A stretch of 64,000 nt of DNA from Candidatus Latescibacterota bacterium. Lineage in GTDB: Bacteria > Latescibacterota > UBA2968 > UBA8231. The position numbers and the translations under genes were made by a program. This document shows positions 47,625-57,202 of the stretch, in pieces. Numbering within the stretch: the stretch's first letter is position 1; every line of letters starts with the position of its first letter. Below the pieces are notes generated by a model. That model worked only from the letters and a program-made list of their open reading frames with translations, made no database searches and was not told where the DNA came from. The stretch is from the NCBI GenBank assembly GCA_965200315.1, contig OZ241362.1, forward strand, positions 928,001-992,000. The letters are read 5' to 3'.

Positions 47625-49601
47625 TTGCAATCCAAGGTACCACCGGACTATCTGGCCTATCTAGCGCGGCGCAGTGGCCCCAAGCCCCACCACAACCTGC
47701 GGGCGGCCGTCACTTGGAGGGGCATCCTCGTGGGGGCCTTGCTGTGTGCGCTCATCGCCGTGGGGGCTCCCTATGCCCGGCACATCGTCAAAGGGACGGC
47801 CCTCGCCCTGACATCCGCCACTCCGGTGGCCTTTTTCCTGCTCTTCGTCCTGCTGTTGACCCTGCACCTGCTCTTGGGCCGTTGCCGCCGCGAATGGGCT
47901 TTTACCCGCGGCGAACTGATCACCATGTTCGCGATGATGACTGCGGCCGCAGCCATACCCACCAAAGGCGTGGTCAGTATGCTGCTGCCCATCATCACAG
48001 GCTTCTTGTACTACGCCTCGCCCGAAAACCAATGGGCCGCGCAGGTTCACCCTTTGCTGCCTCGGTGGATCTTGGTCGACGATGTCCAAGCCGTCACCGA
48101 CTTCTATGAAGGCGGTGCAACCATCCCGTGGGCACACTGGCTACCACCGCTGGCGGCGTGGTTGGCTTTCTACATGGCTTTGTACCTGACACTTCTCTGC
48201 GTCAGCGCGATTCTGCGCCGCCAGTGGGTCCAGTACGAGCGCTTGGCCTATCCTCTCGCCCAAGCGCCGTTGGCCATGCTGGACGAGGGGGCAGAAGACC
48301 GCCTGCTCAAATCATTTTTTAGGAACTGGGTCATGTGGGCAGGTTTTGCTATCCCCTTCTTGCTTACCAGCCTCGGGGCCTTGCATCACTACTTTCCCCA
48401 AATGGCCGTCCCGGGGTTCTCTACAGCGGTACAGCCTATCGAAGGCGGCCGCAGGCTCCTGTTAAACATCCATTTTCTCATGCTAGGCTTGGCTTATTTC
48501 ATCAACCTCAGCATCGGCCTCAGCCTGTGGTTGTTCTATCTAATCGCCTATTGCCAAGACGCGGCCTTCGGCGTTATGGGCATTCACAGCCAAGCCGATC
48601 TGGGCCACTGGAGCGTACCCATCAGGGGGCACCTTATGATGGGAGCCATCGCAGTCTTGCTCGGTGCGGTCTTGTGGAACGCTCGGCACCATCTCAAAGC
48701 CGTCCTACAGCGCGCTTGGGATGGGACCGCTGAAGTGGACGACCAAGGCGAGATCATGTCCTGCCGGGCCTCAGTAGTCGGCACCTCAGTAGGCGTGGCC
48801 AGCTTGTGGCTGTGGCTATGGCAAACCGGCCTCCCCGCTTGGATCGCCCTATTCGTCTTGGCGGTCGGTCTGACCATTTTTGTCGCCTTGGCCCGCGTCA
48901 TCGCCGAGACCGGCCTGCCGATTGTCAAGCCGACCATGATCCCGGCGGGTTTTACCTTGTCTGGCGTGGGTTCTTCGGCCTTCGGGCCTCAAGGGACCGC
49001 CGCTTTGGGCTATACCATGGTGTGGTGTGGCGACTTGCTGGTCTTTATGATGGCGCCCTTGGCCAATGGCCTGCGCTTGGTCAGCGAATTAAAAAGCGGG
49101 CAGCGCCGCCTCTTTTGGGCCTTGGCCGCCGCCATGCTCATCACGTGGGTGCTGTCCTTGTGGTACACCCTGCATCTGGCCTACCGCCACGGCGCCATCA
49201 ACCTGTATCTTTCGGCGCACTACGCCACCGAGCCTTCGCGCTTGGCGGCCCGGCACCTCCTCGAGCCCACTGATCCGAGCCTAGCTGGCTGGCTGTGGAC
49301 GGGCGGCGGCGGCGCGATTATGGCGGGCTTGCTGGCGGCCCGACGCTACCTGCTGTGGTGGCCCCTGCATCCCCTCGGCTTTGTCGTCGGCTTTGGCTAC
49401 GTCATGGAGCGCATCTGGTTTGCGGTATTCTTAGCTTGGCTGAGCAAAAAGTGTCTGCTGCGTTGGGGCGGGGCCGCCGCGTACCGCAGAATGCAGCCCT
49501 TTTTTCTGGGCATGGCCCTAGGCCACATTAGCAGCGGCGGCGTCTGGCTGCTCATCGACAGCGCGACCGGTACTGTGGGCAATCGCATCCCCCTCTATTG
49601 A
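47625..49601 (+). CDS. DUF6785/DUF6784-like polytopic membrane protein (paralogue 1)
   Basis: About 650 aa multi-TM; RRQWVQYERLAYPL, RVIAETG, WWPLHPLGF, PFFLG. Confidence 0.75.
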   Translation: MQSKVPPDYLAYLARRSGPKPHHNLRAAVTWRGILVGALLCALIAVGAPYARHIVKGTALALTSATPVAFFLLFVLLLTLHLLLGRCRREWAFTRGELITMFAMMTAAAAIPTKGVVSMLLPIITGFLYYASPENQWAAQVHPLLPRWILVDDVQAVTDFYEGGATIPWAHWLPPLAAWLAFYMALYLTLLCVSAILRRQWVQYERLAYPLAQAPLAMLDEGAEDRLLKSFFRNWVMWAGFAIPFLLTSLGALHHYFPQMAVPGFSTAVQPIEGGRRLLLNIHFLMLGLAYFINLSIGLSLWLFYLIAYCQDAAFGVMGIHSQADLGHWSVPIRGHLMMGAIAVLLGAVLWNARHHLKAVLQRAWDGTAEVDDQGEIMSCRASVVGTSVGVASLWLWLWQTGLPAWIALFVLAVGLTIFVALARVIAETGLPIVKPTMIPAGFTLSGVGSSAFGPQGTAALGYTMVWCGDLLVFMMAPLANGLRLVSELKSGQRRLFWALAAAMLITWVLSLWYTLHLAYRHGAINLYLSAHYATEPSRLAARHLLEPTDPSLAGWLWTGGGGAIMAGLLAARRYLLWWPLHPLGFVVGFGYVMERIWFAVFLAWLSKKCLLRWGGAAAYRRMQPFFLGMALGHISSGGVWLLIDSATGTVGNRIPLY

Positions 49602-49651
49602 GCGCCGGCCGCTTTGGTGCGGCCAATCGGATTATCTATCTTAGGGCCGCT

Positions 49652-51004
49652 ATGCCGACCAGCGAGCAAAAGACGTACTCGGCCTTCTGCGTCCTCTGGG
49701 GCTTGGCAACGCTTTTTCACCTCGTTGCCAAAGACCCTTGGCCGGCTCCGCTGCTCAGCGCCCTACTCGCTGCCGCCGCACTCTATCTGCTTCACCGGCC
49801 AGCCGCACCGCACCGCCTCGTGTTGCTGGCAATCCTGCAACTGTGCGAAAGCTGGACGACGGCTCCTTTTATCTCCAACCATTGGCTCTTCACCGGGCTG
49901 GTGAACCTGACGCTCCTCCAAGCCTACGCCCGGCTGGCGTGGGCCGGGGGCGCGTTTGCCGTGGCACCGGGGGCCTTGTACCGAACCTTTGCCCCCATCG
50001 TCCGGCTCGAATTGATTATCCTTTACTTCTTCGCGGTCTTTCACAAACTCAACGCCGACTTCTTCGATCCCCAGATAAGCTGCGCAGTCCACTTCTACGC
50101 GGCCCAACTCCAGCCGCTCCCCTTCGTCTTGGCCGGAGCGGTCCCTATCTATCTTACCTTAGCCGTCGAAACGGCCATTCCGCTCCTGCTGTGCTGGCCC
50201 CCTACTCGCAACGCCGGTGTTTTGCTCGGTCTCCTCTTCCACGCGGTGGTCGGCTTTAACCCCATAAGCGAATTTTACAATTTCTCTTCCATGATCTTTG
50301 CCTTGCTGTTTTTGTTTTCCTCCTTGCGCCTCGACGCCGGCTGGCCGACCCGGCGTCTTTTTGAGTCGGCGCGGTGGGAGGGCATGCCTTTTTCTGGCAA
50401 AAGTTCACTCGCAGTCGGTGCAGCACTTGTGGGGTTGGGGCTTTTGGTCGCGCTGAACGGTCTGGTTGCCGCCGCGGCCGAGTTGGTGCTCCCCTTGTGG
50501 GGGTTGTACAGCGCTGGCCTGCTCCTCCTTTTCGTCCTCTTACCCAAAGCGCCCCCGGCGCGGCCCGCATTCTCGTTGCGGCCGTGGCCCGTGCTGCTTA
50601 TGCCGCTGCTGACCGGCCTCAACGGGTGTAGCCCCTACTTGGGGCTTAAGACCGAGACGGCGTTTGCCATGTATGCCAACCTGCGCACCGAAGGGGGGCA
50701 GAGTAACCACTTGCTGGTGCCGCCCGAGGTGCAACTGTTTGGTTTCCAGCGGGAGCTAATAGAAATAAAGGACGCTTCGTCCGGCTTGTTGGCCAGTCTG
50801 GCACGGCGCAAGCTCATGTTGCCCTTCTTCGAGGTGCGCGCCTTGCTCCAAGAGCACCCCAATACCTCGCTTACCTATGAGCGGCACGCCGGCCCCAGCG
50901 CCGCCCCAGACGAGCAACTGCGGCAGCCAATCCCGTGGCCGCTGCGCAAATTGCTCTACTTCCGTCCAGTAGCCTCTAGCGGCCGGCAGCCCTGTTTCCA
51001 CTAG
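49652..51004 (+). CDS. HTTM-like (vitamin K-dependent carboxylase-related) membrane protein
   Basis: SNHWLF, LYFFAVFHKLNADFF, LLFH, PYLGLKTETAFAMYANL. Confidence 0.6.
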   Translation: MPTSEQKTYSAFCVLWGLATLFHLVAKDPWPAPLLSALLAAAALYLLHRPAAPHRLVLLAILQLCESWTTAPFISNHWLFTGLVNLTLLQAYARLAWAGGAFAVAPGALYRTFAPIVRLELIILYFFAVFHKLNADFFDPQISCAVHFYAAQLQPLPFVLAGAVPIYLTLAVETAIPLLLCWPPTRNAGVLLGLLFHAVVGFNPISEFYNFSSMIFALLFLFSSLRLDAGWPTRRLFESARWEGMPFSGKSSLAVGAALVGLGLLVALNGLVAAAAELVLPLWGLYSAGLLLLFVLLPKAPPARPAFSLRPWPVLLMPLLTGLNGCSPYLGLKTETAFAMYANLRTEGGQSNHLLVPPEVQLFGFQRELIEIKDASSGLLASLARRKLMLPFFEVRALLQEHPNTSLTYERHAGPSAAPDEQLRQPIPWPLRKLLYFRPVASSGRQPCFH

Positions 51005-51012
51005 AATCAGCA

Positions 51013-52437
51013 ATGGACCAAAACTACGATCTCATTGTCGTGGGCACCGGCTTTGCCTCCTCGTTCTTTCTCTCGGTCTATCTGGCCCGGTGCCGGGCCA
51101 ACGCCCGGGTCTTGGTCTTAGAGCGAGGCCGCCGCGACACCCATGCTTGGCAACTGCGCCACCGCCGACCGGCCAGCACGCCCCCCCAAACCACCTTTGT
51201 CAACCGCCACCGCCGCAAACAGTGGTTCTACACGCCGGCGCTGGGCGGCGGTTCCAACTGCTGGTGGGCGGTGACGCCGCGCATGCTGCCCAGCGACTTT
51301 GCGTTGAAATCCATCTATGGAGTGGGCACCAACTGGCCCCTTAGCTACGACGAGTTGGAGGAGTTTTACTGCCAAGCCGAAGCACTCATGGCCGTCTCCG
51401 GGCCGGCCGATGGGGCACCCCAGCCCCGCAGCCGGCCCTATCCCCAGCCACCTCACCGCTTTTCCCGACCCGATCAGCTACTTAAAAAAGCCTATCCAAC
51501 GCTCTTTTTTCACCAGCCCACGGCCCGGGCTCGCTTGGCTACGGCCCAGCGGCCCGCCTGCTGCGCCAGCGGAGTGTGCCACTTGTGTCCCATAGACGCC
51601 AAGTTCACGGTTTCCAACGAAATGGGACATCTCTACGCCGATCCCCGCGTTACGCTGGTGCTAGAGGCCGCGGTGCAGAGCGTGGAAACCACCGGCCGCA
51701 CGGCCCGAGGCGTCCGCTACATAAAAGACGGTGCCGAAGTCGAGGCGCAGGGCCAGTTGGTGGTTTTGGGGGCCAATGCCTTGTTCAATCCGCACATTCT
51801 GCTGCGCTCGGGCTTGTCTCATCCCCTCTTGGGCAAATTCCTCCACGAGCAAGTCGCTGTCTCCGCGACCATAGACCTCGACGGAGTCGATAACTTCCAA
51901 GGCAGCACCAGCATCACTGGGCACGGGTACATGTTGTACGACGGCCCCCATCGATCACAGCGAGCTGGCTGTCTGATTGAATCGTGGAACGTGCCCACCC
52001 TGCGCTTGGAACGGGGCAAATGGCGGCAGCGGCTAGTGCTCAAATTTCTCTTCGAGGACTTGCCCGCACCGCACAACCACGTCCGCATTGCCGCTGGCGA
52101 CCCAGCCCAGCCCGAAACCGTGTACCAGAACCACTCGGAGTACGCCCAGCGCGGCATGGACGCGCTCGCCGAGGCTCTGCCTGAACTTTTGCGCCCCCTG
52201 CCGGTAGAAAAAATCGACTTCGACCCGCAGCCTTCTCCCACCGAGAACCACATCTTGGGCACCACGCCGATGGGCACTGACCCGCGCCGCAGCATTGTCG
52301 ATCGCGGTCTGGTTCACCACCAAGTCCGCAACCTGCTGGTCTTGGGCGGCGGCGCCTTCCCAACTAGCTCGCCGGTCAACCCGACCCTCACGCTGTCGGC
52401 CCTGTCCCTGTGGGCAGCCCATCACCTGCTGGCGTAG
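51013..52437 (+). CDS. GMC-family flavoprotein oxidoreductase with Cys cluster
   Basis: VVGTGFAS, LGGGSNCW, CCASGVCHLCP, HILGT, NPTLT. Confidence 0.92.
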   Translation: MDQNYDLIVVGTGFASSFFLSVYLARCRANARVLVLERGRRDTHAWQLRHRRPASTPPQTTFVNRHRRKQWFYTPALGGGSNCWWAVTPRMLPSDFALKSIYGVGTNWPLSYDELEEFYCQAEALMAVSGPADGAPQPRSRPYPQPPHRFSRPDQLLKKAYPTLFFHQPTARARLATAQRPACCASGVCHLCPIDAKFTVSNEMGHLYADPRVTLVLEAAVQSVETTGRTARGVRYIKDGAEVEAQGQLVVLGANALFNPHILLRSGLSHPLLGKFLHEQVAVSATIDLDGVDNFQGSTSITGHGYMLYDGPHRSQRAGCLIESWNVPTLRLERGKWRQRLVLKFLFEDLPAPHNHVRIAAGDPAQPETVYQNHSEYAQRGMDALAEALPELLRPLPVEKIDFDPQPSPTENHILGTTPMGTDPRRSIVDRGLVHHQVRNLLVLGGGAFPTSSPVNPTLTLSALSLWAAHHLLA

Positions 52438-52442
52438 GGACT

Positions 52443-52838
52443 ATGGCAGTCTGGAACAAACGCCGCGCCTTTTTGGGAGCCGTAGCGGCCCTATCGCTGA
52501 GCATCGGCCTAGGACGGTGGTTTTACCAACCGCGCCGGCTCGACGACCCTTGGACCGCGCAAACCGCAGCGACCGTGCGCCGCCTGCTGCCTTATCTGCA
52601 AATAGACGAGGACAGCTTGGCCCGCTTTGCCCAAGACCTGCTGGCGCGAGACCAGCACGCGCTTTTGCGCCGGGCCGGTGCCGGCGATGCTCGGGCGGAG
52701 GCGTGGCTCGGCGAGCAGTTTTTGCTGTCGAGCGATTTCTTTTGGCATGGAGCCGACGAGAGGAAGGCCGTTGGCTACCGAGCGTACTACGACCCCTACG
52801 AACTCCCCTGCGCCAACCCATTTGCCCACCCGGAGTAA
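52443..52838 (+). CDS. Tat-signal small protein (probable small subunit of the GMC dehydrogenase)
   Basis: NKRRAFL twin-arginine motif; FLLSSDFF...YYDPY...CANPF. Confidence 0.6.
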   Translation: MAVWNKRRAFLGAVAALSLSIGLGRWFYQPRRLDDPWTAQTAATVRRLLPYLQIDEDSLARFAQDLLARDQHALLRRAGAGDARAEAWLGEQFLLSSDFFWHGADERKAVGYRAYYDPYELPCANPFAHPE

Positions 52839-52841
52839 GCC

Positions 52842-54368
52842 GTGGTCCAGCCCCCTGTCAACCGCCTCATTGCTGGGGCTTTGGTCGCCCTGATTGCGCT
52901 ACATGTCCTCCACGTTCTGCGCTATAACTTCGTCTCCGACGACGCCTTTATCAGCTTGCGCTACGCGGCCAATCTGCTCGCTGGACACGGGCTGGTTTTC
53001 AACCCGGGAGAACGCGTCGAGGGCTTTACCAGCCCGCTGTGGACCCTGCTTTTGGCCGGACTCGGGGCCTGCGGTTTCGACCTATTAGAAGCCGCCCGCG
53101 CCCTCGGCTTGCTCTGTTCGGCCCTCGCACTCCCAACCACCTATTGGCTGGCCCGCCAGTGCGGGGCGACCCCGCCGACTGCCCTGATCGCTCCAGCCCT
53201 GCTGGCCTTTAACGGCTCTTTTGCCTGTTGGGCCGCCTCGGGTATGGAGACTGCGCTCTTTGTCGGTCTGATTGCCGCTGCTTTTGCCGCCGCCCTAGCC
53301 GGGAGCTATTGGGCCTCAGCGAGCTTGACTGCCGCCGCTACCCTAGCCCGGCCGGAGGGTCTGCTGGTCTTGCTCGTTTTAGGCGGCCACCAACTCTTGC
53401 GGGCCAAGAGCTCGTGGCTGCTGTGGCTCCTTGTTGGCGGCGGCCCGTATGCCCTTTTGTTGGGGTTTCGCCGCTGGTACTACGGAGACTGGCTGCCCAA
53501 TACATACTACGCCAAAACCGGGGGAGGCTGGGGCCAAATACAGCGCGGGCTGGACTATCTGCGCGACTACGCCGCCGATCACGAGGGCCTGCTGCTACTG
53601 GTCGGGCTGGCAATTTTTGCCCTTTTGCGGCGTACGGCTGGGATGCGCTTGGTGGCCATCGGCTGGCTGCTCTTCTGGCTGGCCGTCGCGTGGCTGGGCG
53701 GCGACGGCCTCCCCATGTATCGCTTTGCGCTGGCCCCATTGCCCCTGTTTGCGGCCTTGGCCGCAGCTAGTGTCGCCGACTTGGCGCAGCCCTTTTTAGC
53801 AGCCCGCAAAAGCGGGGTGGCCTTGGCGGTAGTGCTGGGCTGCGTTTGGGCCTATACGCACTGGTCGCCGCCGCGCCTCAAGTCGCACTACAGCGCATAT
53901 CAATTTCAACAACAAGTGGAAATTCCCCGCTGGACCCGGGTGGGCCAGTGGTTGGCCGCCAGTGCGCCCGCAGGAGCTAGCATTGCCGTCGTGCCCATTG
54001 GCGCAGTGGCTTATTACTCCAAGCTCGAGGTGCGCGATATGCTCGGCCTAACCGACCGGCACATTGCCCGACGCAACCTGTCGGGCCTAGGCCGGGGCTG
54101 GGCCGGGCACGAAAAGCACGACGGCCAGTACGTCCTCGGCCGCCGGCCCACGTACCTTCTGCTGGGCAATGTCGATGTGACCAAAAAGCCCCGCGATCCC
54201 CGCAAGCGACCCTTTATTCCCTACGACAACCCCCACATCTGGGCGCGGGAACAGGACCTGTTTGCCACCGAACTGATTTTTGAACGCTACCAACCCCGCT
54301 CAGTCCAGTTTGCCCCGGGACAGTACCTCAACTTTTACGAGCTAAAACCAGAGTTCCACCGGCCATAA
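52842..54368 (+). CDS. GT-C fold glycosyltransferase (AftB-like) membrane protein
   Basis: DDAFISLRYAANL..GHGLVFNPGERVEGFTSPLW, SGMET, RPEG, PNTYYAK, DMLGL. Confidence 0.8.
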   Translation: MVQPPVNRLIAGALVALIALHVLHVLRYNFVSDDAFISLRYAANLLAGHGLVFNPGERVEGFTSPLWTLLLAGLGACGFDLLEAARALGLLCSALALPTTYWLARQCGATPPTALIAPALLAFNGSFACWAASGMETALFVGLIAAAFAAALAGSYWASASLTAAATLARPEGLLVLLVLGGHQLLRAKSSWLLWLLVGGGPYALLLGFRRWYYGDWLPNTYYAKTGGGWGQIQRGLDYLRDYAADHEGLLLLVGLAIFALLRRTAGMRLVAIGWLLFWLAVAWLGGDGLPMYRFALAPLPLFAALAAASVADLAQPFLAARKSGVALAVVLGCVWAYTHWSPPRLKSHYSAYQFQQQVEIPRWTRVGQWLAASAPAGASIAVVPIGAVAYYSKLEVRDMLGLTDRHIARRNLSGLGRGWAGHEKHDGQYVLGRRPTYLLLGNVDVTKKPRDPRKRPFIPYDNPHIWAREQDLFATELIFERYQPRSVQFAPGQYLNFYELKPEFHRP

Positions 54369-54457
54369 CCGCGCCCGGCATTTGGCATCTAGCCAAGAAC
54401 TCCATAGCCTATCCGCAGCGAATTGCCCAGCATCCTCTACACCATGTCAACTAGCCC

Positions 54458-56398
54458 ATGTCGCGTCCGCAACCTCCTCTTGCTGCCCACGTAACCGGGC
54501 GCGGCATCTTTATCGGCTGCGTCCTGTGCGCCGTCATTGCCATTGGCGCCCCCTACGGACGTCAGCTCATCCAAGGCACTTCGCTGGCCCTGACTTCGGC
54601 CACCCCGATTGCATTTTTTCTGTTTTTTGTGCTGCTGCTGACCCTGCACCTAGTCTTGGGCTGGTGTCGGCGCGGCTGGGCTCTACAGCGGGGCGAGCTG
54701 ATTACTATCTTCACCATGATGATGGTGGCGGCGGCCATTCCCACCAAAGGCGTCAACGGCCTGCTCATGCCCATGATTACGGGCACCTTCTACTACGCGA
54801 CCCCGGAAAACGATTGGGTCGACCAAATTCATCCGTGGCTACCTAGCTGGATTTTGGTAGCTAACCCCGAAACGGTTAAAGCATTTTACGAAGGAGCCAG
54901 CCGCGGCAGTGGTATCCCTTGGGCGCATTGGCTGCCTCCTTTGGGTGCTTGGCTGCTGCTCTACTGCTCCTTGTATCTAGCCGTGACCTGCCTCAGCGTC
55001 ATTCTGCGCCGCCAGTGGGTCGAGCACGAGCGCCTGATCTACCCGCTCATGCAGGTGCCGCTGGCCATGATGGCCGACGATCCGCAAGGCCGGCTGTTAA
55101 AGCCCTTTTTCCGCAGTTGGGCCATGTGGATCGGCTTTGCTATCCCAGTGGTCTTTATGAGTTTCTTTGCTCTGCACAACTACTTTCCCTGGTTCCCCCA
55201 AGTCGTCCTCAGGTCCTCCGTCGACGTGTTTCGCCAGAGTATTTTCCTGACCTTTGGGCTCAATTTTCTCATACTGGGCTTTGGTTATTTCATAAATACG
55301 CAGATCGGCTTCAGCTTGTGGTTTTTCTATTTACTGCACCAGCTACAGGAAGGGTTGCTGTTTTACTACGGCTTGCAAGATACCCAAGCCGAATTGGGCT
55401 GGTGGACCGAACCGGGCATGGGGCACCAGATGATGGGAGCACTCATCGTCTTGGTTCTCTCGGGGCTGTGGGTGGGCCGACCTCATTTCAAACGGGTACT
55501 GCAAAAGGCTTGGCGCCGAGATGCCCCAGTAGAAGACGGCGACGAGATCATGTCCTATCGAGCCGCTGTCTGCGGCGCAGCTTGTGGCATTGCCGGCATG
55601 TGGCTCTGGCTGTGGCAGACCGGCATTCCCCCTTGGATTGTCCCGGTTTTCCTCTTTGCTGGCTTGGTCATCTTTATCGGCTTAGCCCGGGTGATTTCCG
55701 AGACCGGACTGCCGATCTTCAAGGCCAATATGATCCCGGCGGGCTTTGCCGTGTCCAGCGTAGGCGTGCCAGCTTTGGGCGTAAAGGGCATGATCGCCAC
55801 CGGCTACACCATGGTGTGGTGCGGCGACCTGTTGGTTTTTATGATGGCCCCCTTAGCCCACGGCCTGCGCCTCGGCAGCGAGTTGAAAAGCGGCCAGCGG
55901 CGTCTGACGTGGGCCGTGGGCTTGGCCATGGTCATCGCCTTGGTCCTGTCGGCGTGGTTCACCATCTACCTCGCCTACCGCTACGGCTCGATGAACCTGC
56001 TCATCTCCCAACACTACTCAGAAGAGCCGTCCCGCTTTGCCCTCGAAAAGATCACCAATCCCACTGGTCCCAGTCTAAGTGGGTACTTGTGGATGACCGG
56101 AGGTGGCTTGATTATGGGACTGCTGCTTGTGGCCCGGCATCAGTTTTTGTGGTGGCCATTCCATCCCCTCGGCTTCTTGGTAAGCCACGGCCGGGTGATG
56201 GACGGGATTTGGTTTACGCTTTTTTTGGCTTGGCTCTTTAAGAGCTTGGTGCTCAAATACGGGGGAGTGAGCTTATACCGCCAGACCCTGCCGTTTTTTT
56301 TGGGCCTTGCCTTGGGCCACATAATTATCGGCGGCATCTGGTTGGTCATCGACGGATTTACCGGCATGGTGGGCAACCGCATCCCCCTATACTACTAA
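54458..56398 (+). CDS. DUF6785/DUF6784-like polytopic membrane protein (paralogue 2)
   Basis: Colinear with 47625-49601 (LALTSATP, AAAIPTKGV, GYTMVWCGDLLVFMMAPLA, VGNRIPLY). Confidence 0.75.
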   Translation: MSRPQPPLAAHVTGRGIFIGCVLCAVIAIGAPYGRQLIQGTSLALTSATPIAFFLFFVLLLTLHLVLGWCRRGWALQRGELITIFTMMMVAAAIPTKGVNGLLMPMITGTFYYATPENDWVDQIHPWLPSWILVANPETVKAFYEGASRGSGIPWAHWLPPLGAWLLLYCSLYLAVTCLSVILRRQWVEHERLIYPLMQVPLAMMADDPQGRLLKPFFRSWAMWIGFAIPVVFMSFFALHNYFPWFPQVVLRSSVDVFRQSIFLTFGLNFLILGFGYFINTQIGFSLWFFYLLHQLQEGLLFYYGLQDTQAELGWWTEPGMGHQMMGALIVLVLSGLWVGRPHFKRVLQKAWRRDAPVEDGDEIMSYRAAVCGAACGIAGMWLWLWQTGIPPWIVPVFLFAGLVIFIGLARVISETGLPIFKANMIPAGFAVSSVGVPALGVKGMIATGYTMVWCGDLLVFMMAPLAHGLRLGSELKSGQRRLTWAVGLAMVIALVLSAWFTIYLAYRYGSMNLLISQHYSEEPSRFALEKITNPTGPSLSGYLWMTGGGLIMGLLLVARHQFLWWPFHPLGFLVSHGRVMDGIWFTLFLAWLFKSLVLKYGGVSLYRQTLPFFLGLALGHIIIGGIWLVIDGFTGMVGNRIPLYY

Positions 56399-56440
56399 CA
56401 GATAACGGAACCCTGCTCACTTTTTGAATAGTGGGCTGCT

Positions 56441-57071
56441 TTGAATTTTAGAGCGCATCGCGCTTTAGGCGAAATCGACTATGAGGTTCTAATGAAACTC
56501 TTACTTGCTGCCTTACTTAATTTTAAGTCTTACAATACGCTGCTTGCTGAGGTCGGTAGACTCGACCCTGATACAGAGGCGTCTCAGGGTTTCGCGCCGG
56601 CAGAAATCATAGAGAAGGTCAAGCAATTTGATCTTGACATGCGTCTGCTCAACGTGACACTGCGCGGATATCAGGCGTTTGGAGCTAAGTACGCCCTCGT
56701 TCAAAAGCACACCATCCTCGGAGACGAGATGGGCCTAGGCAAGACTATCGAAGCACTCGCGGTCCTGTGCCATCTGAAGCGCCAAGGCGGCACTCACTTT
56801 CTAGTGGTGTGCCCGGCGAGCGTGCTAGTCAACTCGGAGAATGAGACCATTCGTCATTCCTACGTTAGAACGCCCATGTAGGCTTCATGGCCCTGAACGG
56901 GTACAGCGGCTCGGTGTATGGGCGGAGCAAGGAGGCTTGGCAATCACCACGTTCGACACGTTGAAGTTTCTAAACTTGCCGTATGATCTCACAATTTCTG
57001 CGATGATTGTCGATGAGGCGCACTTTGTGAAAAATCCGCGTACGCTAAGGACGATTGCGGTACGCCAATAA
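56441..57071 (+). pseudogene. SNF2-family helicase fragment, frameshifted and truncated
   Basis: LRGYQ, GDEMGLGKT, VVCPASVL in one frame; IVDEAHFVKNP in another; stops after motif II. Confidence 0.85.
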
Positions 57072-57202
57072 TTCAAATTTCAAAGTAGCCACTACCACTT
57101 TTTACTTGAGCTTGCGGCGCATTCACCGTATCCTATTATGGAAACTTGCAGACACGCGGCACTTTTTCTATTTCATCGAACTCATCCAAAGGAGGTTGGT
57201 TC

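Noticed and set aside
54919-56241. 440-aa alternative-frame ORF within DUF6785-like paralogue 2
   Set aside because: Low-complexity Arg/Pro/Leu-rich translation with no equally long counterpart in paralogue 1; a frame artefact.
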